Shown here: positions 43,712 to 56,839 of the stretch, piece by piece
Layout: every line of letters begins with the position of its first letter
Numbering within the stretch: the stretch's first letter is position 1
Assembly: GCF_009914755.1 (NCBI RefSeq)
Contig: NC_060933.1
Length of the DNA stretch: 64,000 nucleotides
Strand: one strand, 5' to 3'
Source: the human T2T-CHM13v2.0 reference genome, Homo sapiens
Position numbers and translations under genes: made by a program
Notes under the pieces: generated by a model
What the model saw: only the letters and a program-made list of their open reading frames with translations
Database searches by the model: none
Told to the model about the DNA's origin: nothing

Positions 43712-43775
43712 GTTGTGCCTATGACCCTTTGGGTCGTCCTTTTTTGTCTATTTCCCTCCCCTCCTTCCCAAGCAC

Positions 43776-43810
43776 TGTATGTGTGTGTGTATGTGTGTGT
43801 GTGTGTGTAC
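43776..43810. repeat. (TG)n tract
   Basis: tgtatgtgtgtgtgtatgtgtgtgtgtgtgtgtac. Confidence 0.92.
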
Positions 43811-46090
43811 ATGCACATGTGCGTGCATGATCTGTGCCTCTGAGCTTTGGCTCATGCAGTCTATTTTTCTGAAAAGCAGTTTGTGTGCATGCTCCTTGCT
43901 TGTGTGTGCTCCTGCAGATATCCCTGGAGCACACTGCGAGAATGTGTGTGCACCAGCATGGGTGTGCATTCAATGTAGCATGTGTGTGCTTATACTCAGT
44001 TTGACTCCCCCAGACACTGATTACCCTCCTTTTCTCCTACTCAGCTCAGTGTGTGTCCATTTTCTACCTGTTGCTGCAAACTCTGGCATATGCTGTAAAA
44101 CCTTGGCTGAGCCCAGCACGCATGTGTACTTTGTATTTGAGAGCAGGCTTTGCTGCAGGCATTTCCTGCCTCTTGCCTGAGGCCCTAAGTGTGAAGGTAC
44201 TTGTGCTCTGAACAGGCTTCCTGACCTCTCTGTTGAGCACAGGCTTCTGTAGCCCTGTTACGTGGTTTCCCCAAACCATGTGAATGCATAGTATACTAAT
44301 GCCCTGTGCTTGCAAGCACTGGCTCTTGAAGACCATGAGGGTTTGCTTTGCCTGTGATTTGGGCCATAGTAAACACTGTGAATCCTCCTCAGATGAGTTT
44401 CTGCAGATCACTGAATACTCTGAAGCTTATGTTCTGAAGCCATAAGCCTAGGATCCATGCTCACCATGTGTTTCCTTCAGACACAAGTTGTGTGTACTAT
44501 GTGTGCAGGCTTTTGCAGACATGTTGTTATCCCTTCTGAGCACAGGAAATGTGCATGATCTGAGCCAGGTTCTCAGACTTTTTGTGACTTTGTTTCCTTA
44601 AGCCCAGTGGTTTCTGGCAAATATCTCACTCTGGATAGGAAATAAGAACCTGCTGAGTACGGTGGCTATTTCCAGAGGGAAAATAAGTTCTGGTTGGTAA
44701 GATCTGGGGATTTAGGGATTGGCTCCCCAACACTCAACCCTTACCCCTTCCATAAGCAACCTTAGAAGACTTGCAGCTTTTCTGTTATTTCCCACCTACT
44801 GTTGTTTCTTCCCACCTACTGTTGTTTCTTCTATACTATCCCCATTGTCTTTTGCTTCAGCCACTTCTGGCTGCCTTTTGGACCTGGCCCTCCCATTACC
44901 AATATCATCCTACCTATAGAAAGGATAGGAGGCAGATGGGGTGGAATGGGGGCTCTGGTCCGTAGGGAGATAGGCTTGATTAAAACATAGACAACCTAAG
45001 AGGAGTCTTAAATCCAAAATTCATGTGAGCCTATTGCTGACCCAGGTAATTCTCCCTCACTTTTCCATCACCATTAGCTCTGTCCTATCTGTCCCTATTC
45101 TCCTCTGTATTGCCTCATTGTTATCCATAACTTCTCCCCACTTTAGCTCTCCAAAACATCACTCACTGTTCAAAGCTAAGCACCTTAATTCTGCCTCCCT
45201 TCTGGAGCTCATTTGCTCCAGGATAGTTAGGAGGCAGGGAAGTTGTTGGGAGTGGAAGAAAACAAGGAGGGGCAGGAAGCCCCAGACCTGTTAGCCTGAA
45301 AAAAGCATGTGCTATTGGACCTCTGGAGCACTCTGGCAGCTTTGGACCTTTCTGCATGCTGCTTGAAGGATTTGCTTTTGTTTATTTTGTTTTCTTTTGG
45401 TACAGAAACCTTTAAAAGGTGATTTTTGAACTGTTCCCTTCCTTGAATTATTTGGTGTCTCAAGTTTCGACTTCTCATTCTAGGGCCTATAGAATTCACT
45501 AGAATGATAATCCAAGTGTCTAATCTACCCTGGGTTCTCTTGTTATGTAGAATTTATTAAATAGAGAGAATATACTTAGTGTCAGTGAGTCAGAGGTTCA
45601 AGGCACCCAAACTAAATCCAACCACAAAATGAGATAGGAATCCAGAGAGACCAGGTCTGACTCTGGGACATTAAGGGAGTTTAGGAATATAGCTGGAAGA
45701 AGACTGGACTCTATATGAAGGTGTCCTTTTGCTTTAGTGAGGCCTGGAAGCCTAAGTAGGCCCTTCTCCTGTGCTTGGTTTACTGCTGTCTACACTAATG
45801 GCTCATATAAGAGTGATATGAGTTCTGCCATTCCAGTAGACTTCAGCCCTGCAAACTCAGTGAGCTTTGCCCTATCTCCTATTCACCAAGGAGACAGGTA
45901 CCACTCATTTCAGCAGCCTGCTTGTTGCCCTGACTGATCAGGACATTGGTTTAGATGTCAGACAGGCTGTCACCACATGGTGAATGTGACTTACACTGCT
46001 CTGGGCTTGTACTCTACTGCTCGCTGCTCAGATTACAGGCAATCTCCCATCTTTCCCAGGATCTAACTTGTTTCCTATCTCTTTTTAAAG

Positions 46091-46137
46091 ATTCCAGATG
46101 ATGGTGACCCCTCTCTGCCTCAGTGGCTCCCGGAAGG
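46091..46137 (+). CDS. UNC13B: UNC13B first shared exon, IPDDGDPSLPQWLPE(G), 47 nt
   Basis: tttttaaAG|att...gaagg|GTAAGT; peptide matches recalled Munc13-2. Confidence 0.93.
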
Positions 46138-46497
46138 GTAAGTAATTCACTGCAAGGTTTCTGTGGATTTTATTCAGTATCTCTTGATGCTTTTAGCTTT
46201 TCCCCTGGGAAGCAGGGGAACCAGCTTCATAAGCTGCATCCTGGGGAAGGAAAAGGTTCCACTATAGGTTGGTTGGTTCTCTGAGGCAGAGGAGAGAACT
46301 CTGCTGATGGATTCCTTGGAGGCAGAAGAGGGAACTTTGCAGAATGGTTACCCTGGTGCAGGGGAGGGAGCTTTGGGGCCTTCTCATCCTTGCCTCTATA
46401 ATTTCTGGTCCATCTTTTCATAGTGGTGAAATACTCTTTAAGTAGAACAAAGAGGAAATTAGAAAAATATCTGCATTTGGAAACATTTTCTTTCCAT

Positions 46498-46750
46498 TTC
46501 ATTTGTTTTTAATTTTTGTAGGTACATACTAGGTGTGTCTATTTATGGGTTACATTAGATATTTTGATACAGGCATACAGTGTGTAATACTCACATCAGG
46601 GTAAATGGGGTATCCATCACTTCAAGCAGTTATCCTTTCTTTTTGTTACAATCCACTTACACTCTTTTCGTTATTTTAAAATGTGCAATAAATTGTTGTT
46701 GACTGTAGTCACCCTGCTGTGCTATCAATACTAGATCTTATTCATTCTAT
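46498..46750 (-). mobile_element. L1MA-type 3' end fragment
   Basis: tttatgggttacattagatattttgatacaggcat...gtaaatggggtatccatcac. Confidence 0.7.
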
Positions 46751-47207
46751 CCATTCCATTGTTGATGGTGTGGCTGATTAAGTTACTCCTAGGCTTGATC
46801 CTGCTCCAGCTGTTGTGAGTCATCTACTTATTCCATTCCACTGTAGTCAGGATATAAGTAACACCCCTTTCTGAGCTCTGTATGTTCTGTCCGTGCTTCT
46901 TGTTTGGGAGTTTCAGACCTGTGTGATTGTACCAGAGTCATTTTAAGCTGCTCAGTGTAGCCTGTAACTGACTGTTCTTAAAGAGAGAAGAGAGTTCAAG
47001 TACCTTCTCATTCCCCACTCCTTCCCACAAATACCACCAATTAGTTATCTAGACCTTCCTTTTCCCTTTTTCCTACAAAGGCTTCTGACATCAGAAGTCT
47101 CAGTAGTTGCTTCCTCTTGTGGCCAGGGAAGAAGAAAGATCAGGTAGATGATCTACTATATTTTTACATGCTCCTTTCCCTTGCAATTTGTCATCTTTAA
47201 AAAAAAA

Positions 47208-47870
47208 TTTTTTTTAACTTTTGTTTTAGGTTCAGGGGTACATGTGCAGGTTTGTTATATAGTTAAACTCGTGTCACAGGGATTTGTTGTACAGATTATT
47301 TCATCACCCAAGTACTATAACAATAGTTATTTTTTCTGCTCCTCTCCCTCCTCCTACCCTTCACCCTCAAGTAGGCCCGTGTCTGTTGTTACCCTCTTTG
47401 TGTCCATGTGTTCTCATCATTTAGCTCCCACTTATAAGAGAGAACATGCAGTGTTTGGTTTTCTGTTCCTGCATTAGTTTGCTAAGAATAGTGGCCTCCA
47501 GCTCCAGCCATGTTCCTGCAAAGGACATGATCTCGTTCTTTTTTATGGCCACATAGTATTCTGCGGTGTATATGTATCACATTTTCTTTATCCAGTGTGC
47601 CACTGATGGGCATTTAGCTTGATTCCATGTCTTTGCTATTGTGAATAATGCTGCAGCGAACATACTCATCCATCTGTCTTTATGGTAGAACACTGTATAT
47701 TCCTTTGGGTATATACCCAATAATGGGATTGTTGAGTCGAATGGTTGTTCTGTTTTTAGTTCTTTGAGGAATCACCACACTGCTTTCCACAACGGTTGAA
47801 CTAATTTACACTCCTGCCAACAGTGTATAAGTGTTCTCTTTTCCCTGCAGCTTTGTCAGTATCTGTTTTT
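47208..47870 (-). mobile_element. L1PA/PB-type 3' end, antisense
   Basis: ttttaggttcaggggtacatgtgcagg...ttagctcccacttataagagagaacatg...ctttgaggaatcaccacactg. Confidence 0.85.
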
Positions 47871-49461
47871 TTTTTTTTTAGTTTGTCTTCTTTTAATCAA
47901 GGGTGAATCATTGAATGAGCTACCCCCTTCTTCTTTTATTGAAAGATCATTTATGTTTAAAAAAAAAACTTCTTGCCTTAAGAGATACATATTGTAGTTT
48001 CTAGAATTAGCTACAAAGTTGTGGCATCAGTTGCTTCTTCAGTGATCTTTAGTTTTTTTCTTCTAATAATTGTAAAATACACACATGTCAATGGGACATA
48101 TCCAGACTACTTCTGAATGTAGCTATGTAGTAGTTTTCTAAATGATTCCCTATTGTCTTTCTTCCTTTTCTTTCACCTTCGTCCTTAGAAGCTGTCCTAA
48201 GTATAGAACTTCCCTCAGTCTGGTAGTCTCATTAAAAACAAAGCCTACTGCCTATGTTCAGGGAGCTGTTTCATTAGAAATCAGCATATTGAGTGGCCTG
48301 TTTCAACTCCTGGACTTGACCCAATTTGTGGTTCCATTCTTTGCCTAGATAGCTACAAGTACCTACTTTTTCTGTTGGGATATTTCTGTCTTTAGACCAG
48401 CCGTGGTATACAGCCCAGCTACCCAACTTTCCCAACGTCTTTGCTCTCATTAAAACCAAGTACATGAGTTCTTTGCATTAAGGCCAGAGAGTTTTTTGTT
48501 GCTTATCCATCTCATTTTATAGAAGCGTCACCAAGGCCCAAAGTGAAGAAGGAATTTTGGGAGAAGACATAGTACATTAATAGAAGAACTGGAGTTAAAA
48601 TCCAGGTTATTTCAGTGTAGTTTCTTTTGGGTACATTTTCTGTTTTTATTGCATATTGTTATAAAAGAACAATAAAATTAATCAGTATAGAAAAGGTGTA
48701 AAAGTTTTAGAAATGTCCAGCTGCTGTAGCTGTAATTTTTCTCCAGGCTCTGTTGATGTGTCCATAGGGCTAGGCCACACTCATACAGTCCCTTTGCTGT
48801 TTCCTTCCTAAATGGTGTTTTGTTTTGTTTTTTCTTCCCTTAGGTGGTCTTTTGGAAGTCTCTCATACCACCTCCCCTATTACACTTGATTATGAGGGCT
48901 CCTTTCTCCATGGAGAAGGCTTTTCTTCAGGAGGCCTAGGTAGACAGAACTGGTGACTCTTTTACTCTTGGATGGAGACGGTCTCCTTCTATGTGCCATT
49001 GTCTGGTATAGTCTTACTCACCTAGACTCTTGCCGTAGAGCCACCCTGTGGGTTCTGTTCTAGCACAGCCTTGGCAAGACTTATCTTTGGGGAGCAGTGT
49101 CTTTGCCCTGAATGTGGGGAGAAGCCCTCTTGAGTGCCAATTCCTACCTTGCCTTATGGAGCATAAAAGTGCCTTCAAATAAATAGAAATGCCTTGAACT
49201 ATCACTGGGATAAAAGAGCCTCAGTTCTCAGCTGAAACTGTAAGAGACACTGAGGGGTCCTGTGAGAACAGATTCTATTGCTCACTCTTCCATGACTTTA
49301 TTTCCCTGACTTTCTGTCTTTCCTTCCCGTCCTAAAAGCACATGGTAGAGGTCAGTTCATCTTCCTCTGGGGAGAGGGAGAGCAAGGTGAATGGAACACT
49401 GAACCCACCAGCTAACTCAAAGCAAGACTGACGGTCCTGACATATTTTCTTCTCTCCTCAG

Positions 49462-49540
49462 GCCAGCCGGAGGGCTCTATGGCATTGACAGCATGCCAGA
49501 TTTACGCAGAAAGAAGCCACTGCCACTTGTCAGTGATCTG
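49462..49540 (+). CDS. UNC13B: UNC13B exon, (G)[26 protein letters not shown], 79 nt
   Basis: ctcctcAG|g...gatctg|GTGAGT; conserved Munc13 [11 protein letters not shown] motif. Confidence 0.95.
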
Positions 49541-50489
49541 GTGAGTGAAGACTCTTGTGCAGGCATAGGCAGTAGCCTTGGGGTATCCCCCATTGGGCCT
49601 TGGCAAGCTGTCAGGATTGGAAGTCGTCCATTTAATGACTCAAATTGATCTGATGATCAATCATTTAAAGCCTTCGGAGACTTAGCAGTGGCTTCACAGG
49701 GACTGTGTTCTACCTCACTCCCTAGTCAGAGTCCTGAATTTATTAGCTCAAGCTCCTACCTGGAATATTTGTGACTTGGGCTCTCAAAGTTAGGATTTTG
49801 TGTCTTCCTATAGGCATCTAGCTCTTATAGGTATCTCTACAGCCTTCTTTGATGACCTGTAATGGAAATTGCCTCCAGCCCTTGACCTCTTGATCATTGA
49901 GCTTGGTATGGGATGAGCATGACTGGAGCTTGATGCCTTCTTGGAAGTCAAGCAAAAGTCTCTTCTCAAGACATAGGCTTTTGAGACTATCTCTGTAACC
50001 TAGTGTCAGGCACTGAGAGGCAATGATAAAAATTTGTGGAATTGAATTGAAACAGGCTTAAGAGTTAAAGCTGATCCCAGGGCCTCCATCCCATCCTCCC
50101 AGGATGACCAGAAGCCCCATTCTGGGTCATACCTTCTGAGGCACAAACAACCCAAGGAATTTTCTGTAGCCTTGTGGGTAGTTGGGGGTGAAGTGAGGTC
50201 CAGGTTCTCTCAGAGCTCTAAAGCTAGAAATCGGGTGTAAGGATTCAGTTAAATGTGAACCCTTTTCCCTTATTACCATTTTCTGTTTCTGTTTTCTTTT
50301 TTCTCTCTATTCTATCTATTGTTTTTCCTAACCACCCCTCTTCCCTCTTCCCCATTTCCTGCTCCACTAGTTTCTCCCTCCTTAGTTGACCGAATGAAAG
50401 TATCATCTGCCATTTTCTCTTCATCATTTTTCTTCCCTTCCATTATTTCTTACCATTTGTTCATCTTCTCCTTTCTCTCTCTTTCTTTC

Positions 50490-50621
50490 TTTCTTTTTTT
50501 TTTTTTTTATAGAGACGGAGTCCCTGTTACCCAGGCTGGTCTCAAACTCCCGGGCTCAAGTGATCCTCCTGCCTCAGCTTCCCAAAGTGCTGGGATTACA
50601 GGCGTGAGCCACCATGCCCGA
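50490..50621 (-). mobile_element. FLAM/Alu left monomer, antisense
   Basis: polyT + atagagacggagtccctgttacccaggctggtctcaaactcc...gagccaccatgcccga. Confidence 0.85.
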
Positions 50622-51077
50622 CTCCTCCTTTCTAATGTACCTCTTCTTCCACTAGCTCTTCATCTAGCTGGTTGAAGATAAATTCTGATGCCATGTCTTC
50701 TTCAATACCATTTTCCTTTCCTTAATGTCTCTCATCTCCTCTTTTTTTTCTTCCTCTTCTTCCTACTTTTTTTCCTCATCCTTTCTCACTGTTTGCCCAT
50801 GAGCAAGTATCTAGTTTATTTCTTGCTATCCCTCTCTGTCTTTTGCCCTATCTTTGGCTTTATGGCATAATACTCCTTAGAGTAGGTGCTCTAGGCTTTG
50901 GGTCCTGGCCAGTGGTCTGGGTTGAAGACAGTTTTTAGTGGACAGAAGCAGAGTGGATTGGGAAATGCTCCCTGCTTTGGACTATAGGGAAGAACCTCTC
51001 AGTTGCCTCTGAAAGTTTTCATGCCCTTTCGAGCCTTTAACATCATGTTGTTCTTTTCTCTGCTGTCCTCTACGCAG

Positions 51078-51083
51078 GCTATG
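51078..51083 (+). CDS. UNC13B: UNC13B 6-nt neural microexon GCTATG (Ala-Met)
   Basis: ttcttttctcTGCtgtcctctacgcAG|GCTATG|GTGAGT; phase 0-0; gives VSDL-AM-SLVQSRK, as recalled for Munc13-1. Confidence 0.85.
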
Positions 51084-51132
51084 GTGAGTGTCTCCAGAGC
51101 CCTTTCTCATCCTCTTTAAAAGTCTGCATCCC

Positions 51133-51453
<321 letters not shown>

Positions 51454-51570
51454 TCACTTGGGCCCTTCCCAGCTGTTCCTCCTGCTTAGGCTGATATTAT
51501 GACTTCTGCCTTCTCAGCGTCCTCTGCCTTTAGGAAACCATGTGCCTCTCCAGGGGCTGCCCCTAAAGCT

Positions 51571-53710
51571 TGGGCTTGGCAGATACATGGGCCCTGTGCA
51601 AGAGTGTGGCTAGCAAGGCAGCCCCAGCTCTCAGACTTAACTCTCTGGGCTTGGCAGATACATGGGGCCCCTGTGCAAGAGTGTGGCTAGCAAGGCAGCC
51701 CCAGCTCTCAGACTTAACTCTCTGGGCTTGGCAGATACATGGGGCCCCTGTGCAAGAGTGTGGCTAGCAAGGCAGCCCCAGCTCTCAGACTTAACTCTCT
51801 GGGCTTGGCAGATACATGGGGCCCCTGTGCAAGAGTGTGGCTAGCAAGGCAGCCCCAGCTCTCAGACTTAACTCTCTGGGCTTGGCAGATACATGGGCCC
51901 CTGTGCAAGAGTGTGGCTAGCAAGGCAGCCCCAGCTCTCAGACTTAACTCTCTGTGCTTGGCAGATACATGGGGCCCTGTGCAAGAGTGTGGCTAGCAAG
52001 GCAGCCCCAGCTCTCAGACTTAACTCTCTGGGCTTGGCAGATACATGGGGCCCCTGTGCAAGAGTGTGGCTAGCAAGGCAGCCCCAGCTCTCAGACTTAA
52101 CTCTCTGGGCTTGGCAGATACATGGGCCCTGTGCAAGAGTGTGGCTAGCAAGGCAGCCCCAGCTCTCAGACTTAACTCTCTGTGCTTGGCAGATACATGG
52201 GGCCCTGTGCAAGAGTGTGGCTAGCAAGGCAGCCCCAGCTCTCAGACTTAACTCTCTGGGCTTGGCAGATACATGGGGCCCCTGTGCAAGAGTGTGGCTA
52301 GCAAGGCAGCCCCAGCTCTCAGACTTAACTCTCTGGGCTTGGCAGATACATGGGGCCCTGTGCAAGAGTGTGGCTAGCAAGGCAGCCCCAGCTCTCAGAC
52401 TTAACTCTCTGTGCTTGGCAGATACATGGGGCCCTGTGCAAGAGTGTGGCTAGCAAGGCAGCCCCAGCTCTCAGACTTAACTCTCTGGGCTTGGCAGATA
52501 CATGGGCCCCTGTGCAAGAGTGTGGCTAGCAAGGCAGCCCCAGCTCTCAGACTTAACTCTCTGTGCTTGGCAGATACATGGGGCCCTGTGCAAGAGTGTG
52601 GCTAGCAAGGCAGCCCCAGCTCTCAGACTTAACTCTCTGGGCTTGGCAGATACATGGGGCCCTGTGCAAGAGTGTGGCTAGCAAGGCAGCCCCAGCTCTC
52701 AGACTTAACTCTCTGGGCTTGGCAGATACATGGGGCCCCTGTGCAAGAGTGTGGCTAGCAAGGCAGCCCCAGCTCTCAGACTTAACTCTCTGGGCTTGGC
52801 AGATACATGGGGCCCTGTGCAAGAGTGTGGCTAGCAAGGCAGCCCCAGCTCTCAGACTTAACTCTCTGGGCTTGGCAGATACATGGGGCCCCTGTGCAAG
52901 AGTGTGGCTAGCAAGGCAGCCCCAGCTCTCAGACTTAACTCTCTGGGCTTGGCAGATACATGGGGCCCCTGTGCAAGAGTGTGGCTAGCAAGGCAGCCCC
53001 AGCTCTCAGACTTAACTCTCTGGGCTTGGCAGATACATGGGGCCCCTGTGCAAGAGTGTGGCTAGCAAGGCAGCCCCAGCTCTCAGACTTAACTCTCTGG
53101 GCTTGGCAGATACATGGGGCCCTGTGCAAGAGTGTGGCTAGCAAGGCAGCCCCAGCTCTCAGACTTAACTCTCTGGGCTTGGCAGATACATGGGGCCCTG
53201 TGCAAGAGTGTGGCTAGCAAGGCAGCCCCAGCTCTCAGACTTAACTCTCTGGGCTTGGCAGATACATGGGGCCCCTGTGCAAGAGTGTGGCTAGCAAGGC
53301 AGCCCCAGCTCTCAGACTTAACTCTCTGGGCTTGGCAGATACATGGGGCCCCTGTGCAAGAGTGTGGCTAGCAAGGCAGCCCCAGCTCTCAGACTTAACT
53401 CTCTGTGCTTGGCAGATACATGGGCCCTGTGCAAGAGTGTGGCTAGCAAGGCAGCCCCAGCTCTCAGACTTAACTCTCTGGGCTTGGCATATACATCGGG
53501 CCCTGTGCAAGAGTGTGGCTAGCAAGGCAGCCCCAGCTCTCAGACTTAACTCTCTGGGCTTGGCAGATACATGGGGCCCCTGTGCAAGAGTGTGGCTAGC
53601 AAGGCAGCCCCAGCTCTCAGACTTAACTCTCTGGGCTTGGCAGATACATGGGGCCCCCTATGCAAGAGTGTGGCTAGCAAGGCAGCCCCAGCTCTCAGAC
53701 TTAACTCTCT
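51571..53710. repeat. Minisatellite/VNTR, 28 copies of a 75-78-bp unit
   Basis: Unit tg(g/t)gcttggcagatacatG3-4C3-5tgtgcaagagtgtggctagcaaggcagccccagctctcagacttaactctc; 28 units counted by hand. Confidence 0.97.
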
Positions 53711-54270
53711 GTCCTGCTTGATTTGACTGAGGCTTCAATGCCCTTTTCACTTGCCAAGTGCCCTACTTGTAGGCCTGCTGGCCTCTGCAGCCATCCAGGG
53801 ATTATGTGGGCTTGGGGAGGTGCCAAGGTATAGAGGTTAGCATGGAATCATTTTTCTCCATAATGGCTCTTGAATGTGACTCTGACAGAGTTGTGTGTCT
53901 CTATTATTCTTAATTACCTGTTTCCTACTATAGTTCTAAGCTTTTCATTTTCCTTTGCCTTCCCATAAACAAGGAGTTTCTGTGGGGTAGGACACTAAGA
54001 AGAGTGAAAGAAAAAGAAACTCTTTGGATGATAGATACCCTGAAGAAAGTGCTGTTCTAACATAGTTAGAGCAGCCCCCTGAGGGCCTTGGGTTTTGCAT
54101 CTTAACCTGGGACACTTGTCACCTGTTAGGGCGGTTGCTGTGAGTGACAATAAAAATAGAAAGTACTGTAGTAAGCTATAGTCAAGTGGCTTTGGTCACT
54201 GAAGCTCCCTCCCCCAGACTTTGCCAGCCCTTGGCAGTGGTCAGGGCTAACAGCAGATCTTCCCTGACAG

Positions 54271-54345
54271 TCACTGGTCCAGTCTCGGAAGGCAGGAATC
54301 ACTTCTGCAATGGCTACACGCACTTCTCTTAAGGACGAAGAGCTG
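54271..54345 (+). CDS. UNC13B: UNC13B exon, [25 protein letters not shown], 75 nt
   Basis: ccctgacAG|tca...gagctg|GTAAGT. Confidence 0.95.
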
Positions 54346-54842
54346 GTAAGTGTCCCAAGTGCTTTCGTAAGTCCACTGGCCTCAGGACTGGTGATCATCT
54401 CTGTAGCCATGCTATTAATAATTGGGAATTCTGGGAATTCAAGAGTGCTGGACACACATTGCTGATGAAAAAGATAGATAGCATCAGGTGTTAGTTTTCC
54501 ACACTGGGAAAGACTCTAAGCAAGTCTAGATCAGAGAGTAAGCCCAAGTCTCATGTTGAAGGGTGTGACCACTGAACTCAAGGTTTTATGATGGACCTAG
54601 TACCTTCTGTTTTCTTAGAAAGCGTGAATGCTGGAACAAGGCTCGGATCCAGCATCAGGTCCAACCTGTGTTGGACAACCAGAAGCACACTATATTGTGG
54701 GCCTCATTCTGCTATGCTGGGCTCTGGGCTGGGCCAGGATAGAGCATCTTCTTCATTGCCAGAGGAGACACGAAATCAAGGTCCTGATTGTCCCACAGGG
54801 TCTCAGTTCTGGTATCTCCCTGCAGAACCCAAAAGTCATGGG

Positions 54843-55408
<566 letters not shown>

Positions 55409-56611
55409 TGAGGGGCGGGGAGTGGGGCAGCAGGGGCTTTCCAAAATAGTCTGCAGCAAAGAGCTGGGATGGCTGAACCAATCATTCCCCCAGTCCACCT
55501 GATTCTGAAACCCTATCCATTTCAGAGAAGGTAGGATTCTGAATCAAGGGGCATTGCCTTTCCAAATAACAGGTCTTACACTACCTTCTTAAGCACCTTT
55601 AGGAAAAATTCTTTGAGCTTTCTGTGGTAGTGTAGCTAGAATCTTATAGGATTCAGTTGATCCCAGAGACTGAGCTTTGTAGTGTATACAGCACAGCGGC
55701 CTTATTGTCCAAATGACAAAAGCATCAGGATCTGAGGCTAATGAGAGGAAAGAAATAGAGTTTTGTGGGGTTCCAGGCCCCACAGAGGAACCTCCTAAAG
55801 CCTAGAATCTAGGACTCAGGGAAGGCAGCATTCATTACTTGTTTTTAGACAATAGTGCCAGAAATAGAAATGTCAAATGAATCTGGTAGAGGTCCAAGAG
55901 GAGAGTATACCAGACCCCCAGGGCCTTGGCTAAATATATGACTTGTCCTGCCATGATGGAGTGGGGACAATAGGAGCAGGAAAAGCAACAAGTTCTTGTT
56001 AGAGGAAATGGTAGCGCTCAAAGTTCATATCTCCTTGCTCCCCTCCTGCTGGCCTTGCACTCACTGTGGCTGGACCCCAGGAAAAGCAGGGGTGAAGGAA
56101 GTGGGAAACTATTTTCCTGCCCTCCAGACCTCCCAGGTATTACCCACAAGCCAAGCTGTAGCACTGAAAGCTTTAAAGATTGTGCTAGGAGAAGGGAAGG
56201 TCACCTCTAGACCCACAAGTACTTCATTATCCCAAGGACAGCTATGACATATAAAAGGGGACCAGGGAGAGGCCTTGAGCAATTATTCATGGAAAATGTC
56301 CTTTGAAGAGCCTCAAATTGGTGCCAATGGCAAGGCTAGGTTAGACGTGAAGAGACAGGTAGGACAGAGTCAGCGGAAGAGATGGGCTCTGAAAAGACTG
56401 CCTGAAGACAAATGCTAGTAATGACTTGGCCAAAATCCATCATGAAGGGGTGGCAAGTGCAGGTGCCAGAGGGCCCTTGCTTAATTGCTGAGAACTAGCA
56501 ACCAGGCTGGCTGCATAGTTTCTCCACTGCTCTGCAGCCTCTCCCAGGCCCCATTCCTCAGCTCAACCCTTGGTCTGGTAGGTGACCTGTTGTGTTCCTG
56601 GCCACCTTCAG

Positions 56612-56839
56612 GGGCTGCAGAAAAGAGCTGTAAACATGGAGCTGAGGACCGGACCCAGAACATTATCATGGCCATGAAGGACCGCATGAAGATCCGAGAG
56701 CGAAATAAGCCAGAGATCTTTGAAGTTATCCGGGACGTCTTCACAGTGAACAAAGCTGCCCATGTGCAGCAGATGAAAACAGTGAAGCAGAGTGTACTGG
56801 ATGGCACCTCCAAATGGTCAGCCAAGATCACCATTACTG
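56612..56839 (+). CDS. UNC13B: UNC13B exon, C1-C2B linker, 228 nt
   Basis: (R)[15 protein letters not shown]...[10 protein letters not shown]; cAG and GTGAGC boundaries; phase 1-1. Confidence 0.96.

Noticed and set aside
44789-44831. 20-bp tandem duplication cccacctactgttgtttctt
   Set aside because: A simple local duplication with no sign of function.
51571-53710. CRISPR-like appearance of the regular repeat array
   Set aside because: The units are head-to-tail with no unique spacers, in a eukaryotic intron with no cas genes.
51499-53721. Many 60-186-aa ORFs on both strands (e.g. MGPCARVWLARQPQLSDLTL repeats)
   Set aside because: They are by-products of the VNTR; frames shift with G/C homopolymer length, which is incompatible with coding constraint.
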